Position numbers and translations under genes: made by a program. This document shows, piece after piece, positions 28,166 through 38,209 of a stretch of 64,000 nucleotides of DNA. Source of the stretch: an uncultured Syntrophorhabdaceae bacterium (GTDB lineage Bacteria > Desulfobacterota > Syntrophorhabdia > Syntrophorhabdales > Syntrophorhabdaceae); the NCBI GenBank assembly GCA_964532465.1, contig CAZHHX010000019.1, forward strand, positions 589 to 64,588, written 5' to 3'. Below the pieces are notes generated by a model, which saw nothing but the letters and a program-made list of their open reading frames with translations, was not told where the DNA came from and ran no database searches. Each line of letters starts with the position of its first letter. Position 1 is the first letter of the stretch.

Positions 28166-29510
28166 GGAAGGCGAAACAATCGAACTCAAGAAAAGCCTTA
28201 CCGCCCTCAAGGAGGGCTTGATCTCAATCTCGGCGATCCTCAATAAACACGGCGCAGGCGAACTCTGGTTCGGTGTTGCCCCTGACGGCAAGCCGAAAGG
28301 TCTCGTAATAAATGACAAAACACTCCGTGATATCTCGCAATCTATTGCCGCACATATTGAGCCAAAGATTTATCCGCAGGTCACCGAGGAGAAACTGGAC
28401 GGTAAGACCTGCATCAAGATAGTCTTTTCAGGAAAAGAAAAGCCTTATTTTGCATACGGCAGGGCTTATATGCGCGTGGCCGATGAGGATAGACACCTTA
28501 CCGCTAAAGAACTTGAAAACCTTATCCTTGCCAGAAACCGCCAAGGGATTCGTTGGGATAATGATCCTTCAGATGTCTCCATAAAAGACATTAGCGAAAG
28601 AAAGGTCAAGGCTTTTATAAAACGAGCAGGTCTTGTATGGGACAATATCACCAACGTATTGGAGAAACTGGGGCTTTCCCATAACGGGCAGTTGCTCAAC
28701 GCCTCTATACTCTTTTTTGCCAGGAAACCAACACTCCAGTTGCGTTGCGCCGTCTTTGCCTCGACAGACACTGCAACCATTATCGACCGACACGATTTCA
28801 CCGGAGATATCCTGGACCTCATTGAAGAGGCGCAGAAGTACATTCTCAAGAACATTCACATAGGGATGCGGCTCGACGGCCTTTACCGCGTTGACGTACC
28901 GGAAATTTCGGTGGCCGCTATGCGCGAGGCGATTATCAATGCCTTTTGCCATCGCGACTATCGTGATCCGGACTATGTGCAGGTAGCTATTTTCAAGGAC
29001 CGCGTCGAGATCAGAAATCCCGGCGGGCTATACGGAGGCCTGACGATCAAGAAGATACGGAAGGGCAACGTTTCCAAGAGGCGGAATCCCCTTGTTGCCG
29101 ACCTGCTGCGTCGAATCCAGATGGTTGAGACCTGGGGGCGCGGAATGCGCCTTATCCTCACCGAGGAACCGACTGTGCAATTCAGCGAAATAGCCCAAAT
29201 ATTCATCGCCGCCTTCAATAGACCGTCTTTTGTTGGTAGCGGTAAAGGAGAAACCGGACGTACCGGCGCGGCAACTGTTGGTATAGACGGCACGCCAACC
29301 AAAGAAACACCAAAGAAACACCAAATAAACACCAAAGAATCTATCCTCGCGGCTCTCAGGGAACGCCCCGAAATAAGTGTGAAAGAGCTTGCGGCCCAAT
29401 TAGAACAGACTACCGCCAGTATTCGGCATCACATGCGAATGCTTCAGAAAGCAGGAGTCGTCCGTCATGTGGGATCAACAAAAGCAGGACATTGGGAGGT
29501 AATGAAGTGA
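28155..29510 (+). CDS. AlbA_2 (Schlafen-like) domain + HATPase_c_4-like + C-terminal wHTH protein
   Basis: Starts [14 protein letters not shown], typical of divergent-AAA/AlbA_2 proteins, and ends [14 protein letters not shown] (wHTH tail). The ATG at 28155 overlaps the hsdM stop. Confidence 0.75.
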   Translation: MSFKEGETIELKKSLTALKEGLISISAILNKHGAGELWFGVAPDGKPKGLVINDKTLRDISQSIAAHIEPKIYPQVTEEKLDGKTCIKIVFSGKEKPYFAYGRAYMRVADEDRHLTAKELENLILARNRQGIRWDNDPSDVSIKDISERKVKAFIKRAGLVWDNITNVLEKLGLSHNGQLLNASILFFARKPTLQLRCAVFASTDTATIIDRHDFTGDILDLIEEAQKYILKNIHIGMRLDGLYRVDVPEISVAAMREAIINAFCHRDYRDPDYVQVAIFKDRVEIRNPGGLYGGLTIKKIRKGNVSKRRNPLVADLLRRIQMVETWGRGMRLILTEEPTVQFSEIAQIFIAAFNRPSFVGSGKGETGRTGAATVGIDGTPTKETPKKHQINTKESILAALRERPEISVKELAAQLEQTTASIRHHMRMLQKAGVVRHVGSTKAGHWEVMK

Positions 29511-29785
29511 AGGCCTTTCAACCCGAGACCGCGAGAGTATATGGTAATAGCCAACAAGCTGTTGGCCGAATTGCGAAACAGCTTGTTTCGCAAATGCCGA
29601 AAGACGGATGCAGGCAACAGGTTGCTGCCCAAATTATGCTTGCCGAGTATGCACTGAGTGATATCCACAAGCCCATAGGTGCTTCTGAATATCAGCTTAC
29701 TCAGGTGCTCCCTGATAGCCTGAAACCCAGCCTGCCTAGTATAGAGGAGATTGAGAGAGAGCTGGGAAAGGGTGTAGAGGAGTGA
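29507..29785 (+). CDS. Hypothetical 92-aa protein
   Basis: GTG start overlaps the upstream stop (GTGA) and is preceded by GGGAGG. C-terminal SLPSIEEIERELG. No family recognised; possibly a gene remnant. Confidence 0.4.
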   Translation: MKAFQPETARVYGNSQQAVGRIAKQLVSQMPKDGCRQQVAAQIMLAEYALSDIHKPIGASEYQLTQVLPDSLKPSLPSIEEIERELGKGVEE

Positions 29786-30015
29786 CAACGACAGAAAGAA
29801 TCACCGAAGAAAGTTCGGGTAAAAGTTCGGGGAAAACTGAAGAGCAGATAGTCGGGTTACTTTCGGCCAATGGAAAGCTGACAATTCCTGAACTGGCGGA
29901 AGCCCTTGGCATTACGACTCGTGCAGTAGAAAAACAGATCGCCAGGCTACGCGGGCAAGACCGTCTACGCCGTGTGGGGCCAGCCAAAGGCGGGCACTGG
30001 GAAGTGGTGAAATGA
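29782..30015 (+). CDS. Stand-alone winged-helix DNA-binding protein (77 aa)
   Basis: GTGA overlap with the upstream ORF. LTIPELAEALGITTRAVEKQIARLRGQDRLRRVGPAKGGHWEV parallels the C-terminus of the 28155-29510 protein. Confidence 0.55.
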   Translation: MTTTERITEESSGKSSGKTEEQIVGLLSANGKLTIPELAEALGITTRAVEKQIARLRGQDRLRRVGPAKGGHWEVVK

Positions 30016-30136
30016 CCGGACAGCTTTGCGGCAACTTGTTCCAGTGTGGTTTTATGGCTGTGCCAATCTGGGACTCACTACGCCCCGAATTTGTACAGCA
30101 AGTCATCCATGGACGGGAACATGAAGAGGGTGTGGT

Positions 30137-31384
30137 ATGAGTAAAGAAGGGTGGGTAAAAAGAAAACTTCAAGATATTTGTAGCTTAGTAACTGATGGTA
30201 AGCATGGTGATTGTGAAAACCACGAGAACTCCGGCTACTATTTTATAAGCGCGAAAGACGTAACGAACGGAAAAATTTCATATATAAATGCACGTCAGAT
30301 CACTAAACAGGATTTCGAAGATACTCACAAAAGAACTCAATTAGAACCTTTTGACGTTTTGCTAACAAACAGCGGCACGATTGGTAGGTTGGCGTTGGCA
30401 GGGGATAACAAGTTAACACGTAGGACAACTTTTCAGAAAAGTGTTGCCATACTTAAGCCTATTAAAAACAAAGTAACCCCTCAATTTCTTTATTATAATC
30501 TATTGTCACGGACAAGAGATATCATAAATACAGCATCAGGAACAACACAACAAAATCTTTTATTAGGTGATCTACGGGCATTTGAGCTTGAAATAACAGA
30601 CGATTTGGCCACACAAAACCACATTGCCGCCATCCTCTCCTCTCTAGACGATAAAATAGAACTCAACCGCCAGACCAATGCCACACTGGAAGCCATCGCA
30701 CAGGCCATTTTCAAGGAATGGTTTGTTGATTTCAATTTCCCCGGCGCAACCGGCGAGATGCAGGACAGCGAATTAGGACCGATTCCGAAGGGATGGAAGG
30801 TGGAGAATCTCAGCAACACAGTAGAGATTATTGGAGGTGGTACACCCAAAACCTCAGTCGAAGACTATTGGAACGGAGATATTCCCTGGTTTTCTGTAGT
30901 TGATGTGCCACATGATTCCGATGTATTTGTAATTAATACCGAAAAAAAAGTTACTCAAACTGGAATTGATAACTCCTCGACAAATATATTGCCAGAAGGT
31001 ACTACGATAATTTCAGCAAGAGGAACTGTTGGAAAAATAGCGCTTAGCGGTGTTCCTATGGCTATGAATCAATCTTGCTATGGTCTCAATGGTAAACAAG
31101 ATGATATTGGTATATATACTTTTTATTTGACGCGATCCATTTCCTTGCAATTACAGAAAGGTGCAAATGGTTCAGTTTTTGATACCATAACCAGAAGTAC
31201 TTTTGAACAAATGGCGGTTGTTCATCCACCCAAGGAAGTTATTGAGCGGTTCAATATTGCAATAAATGCTGTAATGATGAGGATCAAAGAAAATCTTTAT
31301 GAATCCAGCACTCTTATCCAAATCCGCGACAACCTATTGCCGAAACTCATGTCAGGTAAAATATGTATAAAAGAGGTAGAATAA
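30137..31384 (+). CDS. hsdS: Type I restriction-modification system specificity subunit S
   Basis: 415 aa. Two target-recognition domains separated by the conserved helix AAILSSLDDKIELNRQTNATLEAIAQAIFKEWFVDF, and C-terminal LIQIRDNLLPKLMSGK. Confidence 0.92.
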   Translation: MSKEGWVKRKLQDICSLVTDGKHGDCENHENSGYYFISAKDVTNGKISYINARQITKQDFEDTHKRTQLEPFDVLLTNSGTIGRLALAGDNKLTRRTTFQKSVAILKPIKNKVTPQFLYYNLLSRTRDIINTASGTTQQNLLLGDLRAFELEITDDLATQNHIAAILSSLDDKIELNRQTNATLEAIAQAIFKEWFVDFNFPGATGEMQDSELGPIPKGWKVENLSNTVEIIGGGTPKTSVEDYWNGDIPWFSVVDVPHDSDVFVINTEKKVTQTGIDNSSTNILPEGTTIISARGTVGKIALSGVPMAMNQSCYGLNGKQDDIGIYTFYLTRSISLQLQKGANGSVFDTITRSTFEQMAVVHPPKEVIERFNIAINAVMMRIKENLYESSTLIQIRDNLLPKLMSGKICIKEVE

Positions 31385-31444
31385 CGAATATGAATCGCCA
31401 TATATTTCTATATCTTTCATGCAATTTACGGAGGTTGAGATACT

Positions 31445-31894
31445 ATGTCCGATATTAACCTTACCCAGGCCGAAGCCGATCTGCTCATCGCTATGGAAAA
31501 ACATCGCCTTAACAATGACCGATGGGAATACCCTGTAGTTGGCGGATCAATCAGTATACCTTTGATTTCCTCTAACAAAAGGGAAAGCTTCATTCTTGAT
31601 GTGAGTCGTGGGAAAATTGATCTTTTGAAGGGAACCTATCAAAACCGCTCCAGACAGGTGATTATTCTTGTACGTCTGGATTTTGGAGGTCGCCCCCATC
31701 GTAACCCGGATGGTCAAGAGGTTACATCTCCTCATCTTCATCTGTATCGGGAAGGTTATGGTGATAAATGGGCTGCTCCTGTGCCTTCCGAAATCTTTCC
31801 GGATATATCGGATTTATGGCGACTTTTGGAAGATTTCATGAGATTTTGTAATATTACAGAGCCTCCATCAATGCAAAAGGGGTTGTTTACATGA
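31445..31894 (+). CDS. Uncharacterised 149-aa protein (restriction-linked ORF A)
   Basis: GGAGG RBS. His/Pro-rich motif [31 protein letters not shown] only vaguely recall it as an uncharacterised DUF. Confidence 0.7.
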   Translation: MSDINLTQAEADLLIAMEKHRLNNDRWEYPVVGGSISIPLISSNKRESFILDVSRGKIDLLKGTYQNRSRQVIILVRLDFGGRPHRNPDGQEVTSPHLHLYREGYGDKWAAPVPSEIFPDISDLWRLLEDFMRFCNITEPPSMQKGLFT

Positions 31895-32655
31895 TAGATG
31901 AAATTCAGAAGTTATTGGATAAATATCTGGTATGGCTGAAGGATAAGACTGCTCTTCGCCAGGTAAAGGATTGGGTTGAGATTACTACACCTTACCTCGA
32001 CAGGCATAATGATTACCTCCAGATATACGTGAAACACGAAAATGGCGGATTTATTCTTACTGATGACGGCTATACGATAGAAGACCTGAAGCGTTCAGGT
32101 TGTGAGTTGGAAAGCAAAAAACGAACCGATCTTCTAAATCTCACGCTGAATGGTTTCGGGATAAGACTGGTTAATAATGCCTTGATTGTCCATGCCTCAC
32201 CTGATAATTTCGCATTAAGAAAACATAATCTGGTTCAGGCAATGCTTGGAGTTAATGACCTCTTTTATCTGGCTGCCCCAATGGTTGCAAACCTCTTTCT
32301 TGAAGATGTGACTTCATGGTTGAATTTGCATGAGATACGCTATACACCCAATATCAAGTTTACGGGTAAGAGCGGCTACGACCATCTTTTTGATTTTGTC
32401 ATTCCTGCATCAAAACAGCAGCCTGAGAGAATATTGAAAGCAATAAACCGGCCAAACCGTGATACCGCCGAGGCGCTGGCATTTTCATGGATTGATACAA
32501 AAGAAGTGCGGCCTGCCAACTCCCGTGCATATGTTTTTCTTAATGATTCAGAACATTCTCCGTCAACATCAGTAATTGACGCATTAAAAAACTATAGCGT
32601 TAATCCCGTCTTGTGGAGCCATAGAGAACAGGCAAGTGGGGAATTGGCTACTTGA
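31891..32655 (+). CDS. Uncharacterised 254-aa protein, DUF1828/DUF1829-like architecture (restriction-linked ORF B)
   Basis: ATGA overlap with ORF A. The N-terminus [41 protein letters not shown] matches my memory of DUF1828. Confidence 0.7.
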   Translation: MIDEIQKLLDKYLVWLKDKTALRQVKDWVEITTPYLDRHNDYLQIYVKHENGGFILTDDGYTIEDLKRSGCELESKKRTDLLNLTLNGFGIRLVNNALIVHASPDNFALRKHNLVQAMLGVNDLFYLAAPMVANLFLEDVTSWLNLHEIRYTPNIKFTGKSGYDHLFDFVIPASKQQPERILKAINRPNRDTAEALAFSWIDTKEVRPANSRAYVFLNDSEHSPSTSVIDALKNYSVNPVLWSHREQASGELAT

Positions 32656-32823
32656 AGAATGTTTTTGTATCAGAAAAGACTGAAGCCGCCCACAGGGACG
32701 GCTTCGAACGCTCCTTCTACACATGGCAGGCGAGGCTGACATGAGCATAATTGAATCTGTTCTGGTCGTCAAGTGTTTTAGAAGATTGTGTAACAAGTTC
32801 CATTGTTGTTTGGAGAAAAACTC

Positions 32824-35800
32824 ATGATCCTTTACGAATCAGAAATCGAACAGATTGCTCTTGAGATTCTTCGCGACGAGAATCAATACAACGAAATCCT
32901 TTATGGCCCAGACGTCTCCGAAGGAGTCGCTAAGGAGCGCGAATATACCGAAGTTGTCCTGCAAGCCCGCCTTCGGACGGCTATCGACCGCATCAACCCC
33001 AACATCCCTACCGAAGCAAGAGACGACGCCTTCAAAAAGTCCATTCGTACCTCCTTTACAACTGTCATCGACAACAACGAAACATTCCATCGCCTCCTTA
33101 CCGAAGGCGTAGACGTCAAATTCGGCATCGGTGAAGGTAAATCAAAAAGTGATAAGGTTAGACTCATCGACTTCGATAACCCGGAAAACAACGAATTCGT
33201 GGCTGTCAATCAGTTCACAGTCCTTGAAAACCATAACAACAAGCGGCCTGACATTGTCATTTTTATTAATGGTATCCCCCTTGTGGTAATGGAACTGAAA
33301 AACCCTGCCGATGAGAATGCTGACGTGCAGGCAGCCTTCAATCAACTCCAGACCTACCAGCAGCTTATCCCGTCGCTCTTTACCTACAATGCTTTTCTTG
33401 TCATCAGTGACGGCTGGTTTGCGAAGATCGGCACCATCTCCAGCGATTACTCACGTTTTATGGACTGGAAGAGCGTTGACGGCAGGACCATTGTGGATGC
33501 CAAGCATCAGTCCGAACTGGAACCCATGATAAAGGGACTTCTTAATAAAGCAACCCTCCTTGATGCTATCCGCCACTTCATTGTCTTCGAAAAGACCAAA
33601 GAGGCAACAATTAAGAAGATTGCTGCCTATCATCAATATTATGCCGTCAACCGGGCCATTACTTCCACTATCCGCGCCTCTGTGGAACCGGGGTCTTTTG
33701 TGGCTGAGCATCCCGCAGAGTATGGTTTTCAAAGTGTTGACGAGCAGGTCCAGGGTGACAAGCGGGCAGGTGTTGTCTGGCATACACAGGGCAGCGGCAA
33801 GAGCCTCTCCATGGTGTTCTACGCGGGTAAGCTCGTGCTGGCGGAAGAGATGAACAACCCCACTATTGTGGTGCTCACTGACCGGAACGATCTTGACCAG
33901 CAGTTATTTGAGACCTTCGGCAACTGTCAGCAGCTTCTCCGCCAGACCCCGACTCAGGCAGCCAATCGGGACGATCTTCGAAAGCTTCTCTCTGTGGCCT
34001 CGGGCGGCATTATCTTTACAACCATTCAGAAGTTCCTGCCTGAAGAGAAAGGCGGGACTTATCCACTTCTTGCTGACCGGCGGAACATTGTGGTTATTGC
34101 CGACGAAGCCCACCGGAGCCAGTACGATTTTATTGACGGTTTTGCCAGACATATGCGCGATGCCCTGCCAAATGCCTCCTTTATCGGATTTACCGGGACT
34201 CCTCTTGAAAAGGAGGACAAGAATACCCAGGCTGTATTCGGTAATTATATTGACATCTACGATATCCAGCAGGCTGTGGAAGATGGTGCAACCGTACCTA
34301 TTTATTATGAGAGCCGTCTTGCACGGGTTAACCTCTCAGAGTCTGACCGCAAAATACTCGATGAGCGCGTGGAAGAGGTAACGGAAGACGACGAGTTAAC
34401 TGAACGGCAGAAACGCTTTGTGAAATGGGCAAGCAAAGAGGCTGTTGTGGGCAGTGCAGACAGACTGAAACAGGTTGCCGCCGATCTGGTCAAACACTTC
34501 GAAGGACGGCTCAGTGCGTCAGCAGGCAAAGGTATGATTGTATGCATGAGTCGTCGAATCTGTGTCGGCTTGTATGGCGAGATTATCAAATTGAGGCCCC
34601 ACTGGTACAATTCAGAGGATGACAAGGGGGCTATCAAGGTGATTATGACGGGATCTGCAAGTGATCCCCTTGACTGGCAGGAACATATCCGTAATAAAGA
34701 ACGCCGCAAAGCCATCGGCAACAGGCTGAAAGACCCTGATGATCCGCTCAAGCTCGTTATTGTCCGTGATATGTGGCTCACCGGTTTTGATGTGCCCTGC
34801 CTCCATACAATGTATGTTGACAAACCCATGAACGGGCACAACCTGATGCAGGCCATTGCACGCGTCAACCGTGTCTTTGGCGACAAGAAAGGCGGTCTGG
34901 TAGTTGATTATATCGGCATCGCCCAGGACCTGAAGAACGCGCTGGCAAACTATACGGCAAGCAAAGGCAGGGGCGAGATTGCCTATGATCTGGATGAGGC
35001 GGTTGCAAAGATGCAGGAACTATACGAAATCGTAGTAGATATGTTCGATGGTTTTGATTATTGCCGATATTTTACGCTTGAACCGAAGGCAAAGCTTGAA
35101 TTTATTCTTGATGCCGCCAATTTCATCGAAGAACTTACCGGTGACAAAGAGGGAAAAGTTATCCGCAATGGGAAAGAACGTTTTAAGGAAAACGTTGTCC
35201 GTTTGCAGCAGGCCTTTGGTCTTGCCGTACCACATCCTAAAGCCATAGAAATTCGCGATGATCTTGCTTTATTCCAAGCTATCAAAGCCCGTTTTGCCAA
35301 GTTTGAGGATCAGACCAGAACCAGGACTAATCAGGAAATTGAAACTGCCATCAGACAGATTATAAATGACGCCATTATTTCAGAGGAAGTGGTGGATGTC
35401 TTCGATGCCGCCGGTATTAAGAAACCCGACATTTCAATTCTTTCAGATGAATTCCTTGCCGAGATTCAGGGAATGAAGCGGCAAAACCTTGCGTTGGAAC
35501 TACTCAAACGACTCCTCAATGACGAGGTCAAAACCCGTGGAAAAACTAATCTCGTACAGGGCCGAAAGTTCTCCGAAATGCTTGCCGACGCGGTCAAGCG
35601 TTACCAGAGCGGACTGATTGATTCGGCAAGGATGATTGATGAACTGATTCGACTGGCCAAAGACATTAGAGAGGCCGACAAACGCGGCGAAAAGATGAAC
35701 CTGCGGCCCGATGAGTTAGCCTTCTATGATGCTTTAGCCGATAACCCGACTGCTGAAGCGGTGCTCGGCGACTACACACTAAAACTCATTGCCCATGAAC

Positions 35801-36009
35801 TTGTGGAAACCGTGCAGAAAAATACCTCAATTGACTGGCAGGTAAAAGAGAGCGTCCAAGCTAAACTCCGGGTAATGGTGAAGAGGATACTCAGAAAATA
35901 CAAATACCCGCCTGACGACCCGTCAACAGGCGAATATACAGTTTCGGTTACCAAAGTGCTGGATCAGGCCGAAGCGCTAGCCGATTTCTGGTCAACTGAT
36001 GAAAAATGA
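32824..36009 (+). CDS. hsdR: Type I restriction endonuclease subunit R (HsdR)
   Basis: HsdR N-terminal nuclease region ([19 protein letters not shown]), helicase motif [13 protein letters not shown] box [10 protein letters not shown] and motif [10 protein letters not shown]. The ATG at 32824 follows GGAGA. Confidence 0.95.
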   Translation: MILYESEIEQIALEILRDENQYNEILYGPDVSEGVAKEREYTEVVLQARLRTAIDRINPNIPTEARDDAFKKSIRTSFTTVIDNNETFHRLLTEGVDVKFGIGEGKSKSDKVRLIDFDNPENNEFVAVNQFTVLENHNNKRPDIVIFINGIPLVVMELKNPADENADVQAAFNQLQTYQQLIPSLFTYNAFLVISDGWFAKIGTISSDYSRFMDWKSVDGRTIVDAKHQSELEPMIKGLLNKATLLDAIRHFIVFEKTKEATIKKIAAYHQYYAVNRAITSTIRASVEPGSFVAEHPAEYGFQSVDEQVQGDKRAGVVWHTQGSGKSLSMVFYAGKLVLAEEMNNPTIVVLTDRNDLDQQLFETFGNCQQLLRQTPTQAANRDDLRKLLSVASGGIIFTTIQKFLPEEKGGTYPLLADRRNIVVIADEAHRSQYDFIDGFARHMRDALPNASFIGFTGTPLEKEDKNTQAVFGNYIDIYDIQQAVEDGATVPIYYESRLARVNLSESDRKILDERVEEVTEDDELTERQKRFVKWASKEAVVGSADRLKQVAADLVKHFEGRLSASAGKGMIVCMSRRICVGLYGEIIKLRPHWYNSEDDKGAIKVIMTGSASDPLDWQEHIRNKERRKAIGNRLKDPDDPLKLVIVRDMWLTGFDVPCLHTMYVDKPMNGHNLMQAIARVNRVFGDKKGGLVVDYIGIAQDLKNALANYTASKGRGEIAYDLDEAVAKMQELYEIVVDMFDGFDYCRYFTLEPKAKLEFILDAANFIEELTGDKEGKVIRNGKERFKENVVRLQQAFGLAVPHPKAIEIRDDLALFQAIKARFAKFEDQTRTRTNQEIETAIRQIINDAIISEEVVDVFDAAGIKKPDISILSDEFLAEIQGMKRQNLALELLKRLLNDEVKTRGKTNLVQGRKFSEMLADAVKRYQSGLIDSARMIDELIRLAKDIREADKRGEKMNLRPDELAFYDALADNPTAEAVLGDYTLKLIAHELVETVQKNTSIDWQVKESVQAKLRVMVKRILRKYKYPPDDPSTGEYTVSVTKVLDQAEALADFWSTDEK

Positions 36010-36099
36010 TGGGGGGTGGATTGCAGGCCAAATGTGTCATACCGCAATGGCTGTACCGGTATTAAAAACTTGACACATTTTCAATATTAAAGGCGGTGA

Positions 36100-36127
36100 G
36101 CCTGTACTCGCTTGGCATGGACTTCAC
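36100..36127 (+). repeat. Island hairpin unit R1 (single degenerate unit + TTCAC)
   Basis: GCCTGTACTCGCTTGGCATGGACTTCAC, related to the units at 36592-36633. Lies 88 nt upstream of the ORF at 36215. Confidence 0.6.
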
Positions 36128-36214
36128 TAAATTCAATTTGTTTGAAATTATGCAGGGGAAAGTATAAAATCTATCTCATTCATACTTATAACCCCAGGGA
36201 GTAAGGAGGTTTTT

Positions 36215-36457
36215 ATGGCTGCAAGAACATTGAAATTAGACATTTCTTTTCAGGAACTTCTTGCCGTTGTGGATCAGCTTGAATTGGATGAAAAAATGTT
36301 TCTCAGAAAAAAACTGGACAGGGAAAAGGTCCCTTCGTGGCAGGAACGTTTCGGAAGAGCGCTTCAACAGCTTGGTAATAAAAATAAGAGGTTCACAATA
36401 AAGGAAGTGCTGACCGATGTTGAATGTGCTATTTCCGATGTAAGAAAAAATGCATAG
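36215..36457 (+). CDS. Putative antitoxin-like small protein (80 aa)
   Basis: Strong RBS TAAGGAGG. Its stop overlaps the ATG of a PIN-like remnant. No family recognised. Confidence 0.5.
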   Translation: MAARTLKLDISFQELLAVVDQLELDEKMFLRKKLDREKVPSWQERFGRALQQLGNKNKRFTIKEVLTDVECAISDVRKNA

Positions 36458-36569
36458 AATTAAGGCTGTTTTAGACACCAATATTATTATTAGTGGTATC
36501 GTAAAAAGCATGACATCAATTCCAATTAGTAAACAACATCGAGGGGGATTCATAAGGCAATTTTATTGA
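36450..36569 (+). pseudogene. Truncated PIN-domain toxin remnant (39 codons)
   Basis: MHRIKAVLDTNIIISGIVK is a typical PIN N-terminus with the first acidic residue (D9). The frame stops after 39 codons, whereas PIN toxins are roughly 130-140 aa. Confidence 0.6.
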
Positions 36570-36591
36570 TTACTAATTGTAGCATTTACGC

Positions 36592-36633
36592 CTGTCCTCG
36601 CTTGACGGGGACCTGTCCTCGCTTGACGGGGAC
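36592..36633 (+). repeat. Island hairpin units R2 (perfect 21-nt tandem duplication)
   Basis: CTGTCCTCGCTTGACGGGGAC x2, followed by TTCAC. Each unit folds as GTCCTCG/CGGGGAC. Lies 33 nt upstream of the ParB-like ATG. Confidence 0.85.
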
Positions 36634-36665
36634 TTCACGAAACTTAAAATAGGGGGAAGATAAAA

Positions 36666-37592
36666 ATGACTGAACTGGAAAAAAGGGGGAGTCCGGAATT
36701 TATGCACCTAACTTTGGGGAGTATTGTTGTGGAGGAACAGATTCGCTCAAGTGTTGATACGGAGGGAGAGTCTTTCAAGGCCCTTGTGGAATCTGTTAAA
36801 GACCGGGGTGTTTTAGAACCTGTTATCGTAATGCCGAAGGAAGATAAATACCTTCTCCTCTGCGGGGAGAGGCGTTATCAGGCTGCACAGAAGCTGGAAA
36901 TGGAATCCATCCCGGCGCTTGTTGTCGATACGATCATTCAGAAGGACGAAGTATTAGCCTACCAACTGACAGAAAACCTCCAGAGGGAAGACCTCAACCC
37001 CATAGACCAGGCGAAGGGGATTTTGTCATTTATTCAGGCAAGACATCCTGACAAAGGGTATGATGTGGATGGGGTAATGAGTGATTTGGTAAGCTACAAC
37101 AGAAGGCCTGAAGACCTGGCTGAGGAAATTGCGGACACATTGTCCGCAATCGCAGAAATCTCCGGGAAGTCAACACGGACGCTGCTTCGCATGATTTCAC
37201 TTTTAAAACTTTCTCCTGAAATTCAGGCCGCAATCCGGGCAGAAAATCTTCCTGTTTCCCAGGGTTATCTCTTTGCCGCAAACCTTGATTGCCCTGATCT
37301 CATGAAGATATTCACCGATATTTTAAAAACGCCAGTAACCTATATAACTTTAGAAAGCAGACTCACTGCGTACAAAAAAGTCAAACCGGACATGGGCAAA
37401 ACAAAGCCTGTGCCTGTTAAAAAGTATGTTGCCGGTATTGTATCTATGAAAACAGGTTTTGAGAAAGACCTTGGAACCTATGTGCGTGAAGATGTTGAAA
37501 AATTCCTTCATGAACTCTTAGTTTTCTGTGATTATGTCCAGCAACAGGTGCCCAAAATACCATATGGAAAGAAAAGACGGCCACAGGTATAA
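36666..37592 (+). CDS. ParB/Srx-fold N-terminal domain protein (orphan ParB-like, no ParA partner)
   Basis: VLEPVIVMPKEDKYLLLCGERRYQAAQKLEMESIPALV is the ParB box / GERR motif. Confidence 0.8.
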   Translation: MTELEKRGSPEFMHLTLGSIVVEEQIRSSVDTEGESFKALVESVKDRGVLEPVIVMPKEDKYLLLCGERRYQAAQKLEMESIPALVVDTIIQKDEVLAYQLTENLQREDLNPIDQAKGILSFIQARHPDKGYDVDGVMSDLVSYNRRPEDLAEEIADTLSAIAEISGKSTRTLLRMISLLKLSPEIQAAIRAENLPVSQGYLFAANLDCPDLMKIFTDILKTPVTYITLESRLTAYKKVKPDMGKTKPVPVKKYVAGIVSMKTGFEKDLGTYVREDVEKFLHELLVFCDYVQQQVPKIPYGKKRRPQV

Positions 37593-37594
37593 AA

Positions 37595-37799
37595 ACAGTG
37601 AATAGTTGTTAGCTCACAGTGAATAGTTACGAAGGCAGTGGATAGTGGATAGTGGATAGTGGATAGTGGATAGTGGAAAGATAAGCGGGCTTGTAAAAGA
37701 GGGAAAGACGGTGGAGCGGGAAAAGATGGGGTATAGGGGTTGCGGGTTGCGGGTTGACACTGAATTTGTTTTTTATCATTTACTGTTTACTGTTCACTA
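37595..37799. repeat. Iteron-like repeat cluster
   Basis: ACAGTGAATAGTT x2 (37595, 37616). AGTGGAT x5 plus one imperfect unit (37637-37678). GGGTTGC x3 with the last unit imperfect (37737-37757). TTTACTG x2 plus TTCACTA (37779-37799). Confidence 0.9.
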
Positions 37800-37806
37800 A
37801 CGACGC

Positions 37807-37849
37807 CTGCTCTTGCCTGGCGGGAGCCTGTCCTCCCGAAGGGAGGGAT
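37807..37849 (+). repeat. Island hairpin units R3 (two diverged tandem units + TCAC)
   Basis: CTGCTCTTGCCTGGCGGGAGC followed by CTGTCCTCCCGAAGGGAGGGAT. The second unit keeps a 7-bp stem (TCCTCCC/GGGAGGA) through sequence changes relative to R2. Confidence 0.65.
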
Positions 37850-38005
37850 TCACTGTGGTTAAAAGAACTCGTTAAGTCCCCGTAGGCGGGGGCAGGCAGG
37901 AATGGTTGAAGGCGAATTGGTATCATATGGTGAAAATCTAATACCATAGTCTTTCATTGACATCAAATTTCTACAAACGATATAATTGTATATATGGAGG
38001 ACAAA

Positions 38006-38209
38006 ATGAGGGCTTTATTTATATCTATCGATGAAAGTATATTTGACAGGTTTGTAGGTTTTTTGAAACTGTTCCCGAAAAACAAAGTCCGGATTGAGGA
38101 GATTGTCTGCAATGAAGCTCTTAAGAGCGAGCTTGCCGAGAGAAAAACCCAAGCAAAGAAAGGAGAAGTAATTGCACATGACGAGTTCTGGTCCAAGGCC
38201 GGATTATAA
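38006..38209 (+). CDS. Antitoxin of a RelE/ParE-type toxin-antitoxin pair
   Basis: 67 aa starting at the ATG after GGAGG. Overlaps the downstream toxin gene. Confidence 0.6.
   Translation: MRALFISIDESIFDRFVGFLKLFPKNKVRIEEIVCNEALKSELAERKTQAKKGEVIAHDEFWSKAGL

Noticed and set aside
36592-37757. Tandem 21-nt units and heptamer arrays considered as a CRISPR array.
   Set aside because: The repeats are directly adjacent without spacers, the units are far shorter than CRISPR repeats, and there are no cas genes.
36100-37849. Hairpin units considered as integron attC sites defining gene cassettes.
   Set aside because: I could find no intI gene and no attC-type R''/R' core sites (RYYYAAC / GTTRRRY) at the unit ends. 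They are kept only as a generic cassette-boundary hypothesis.
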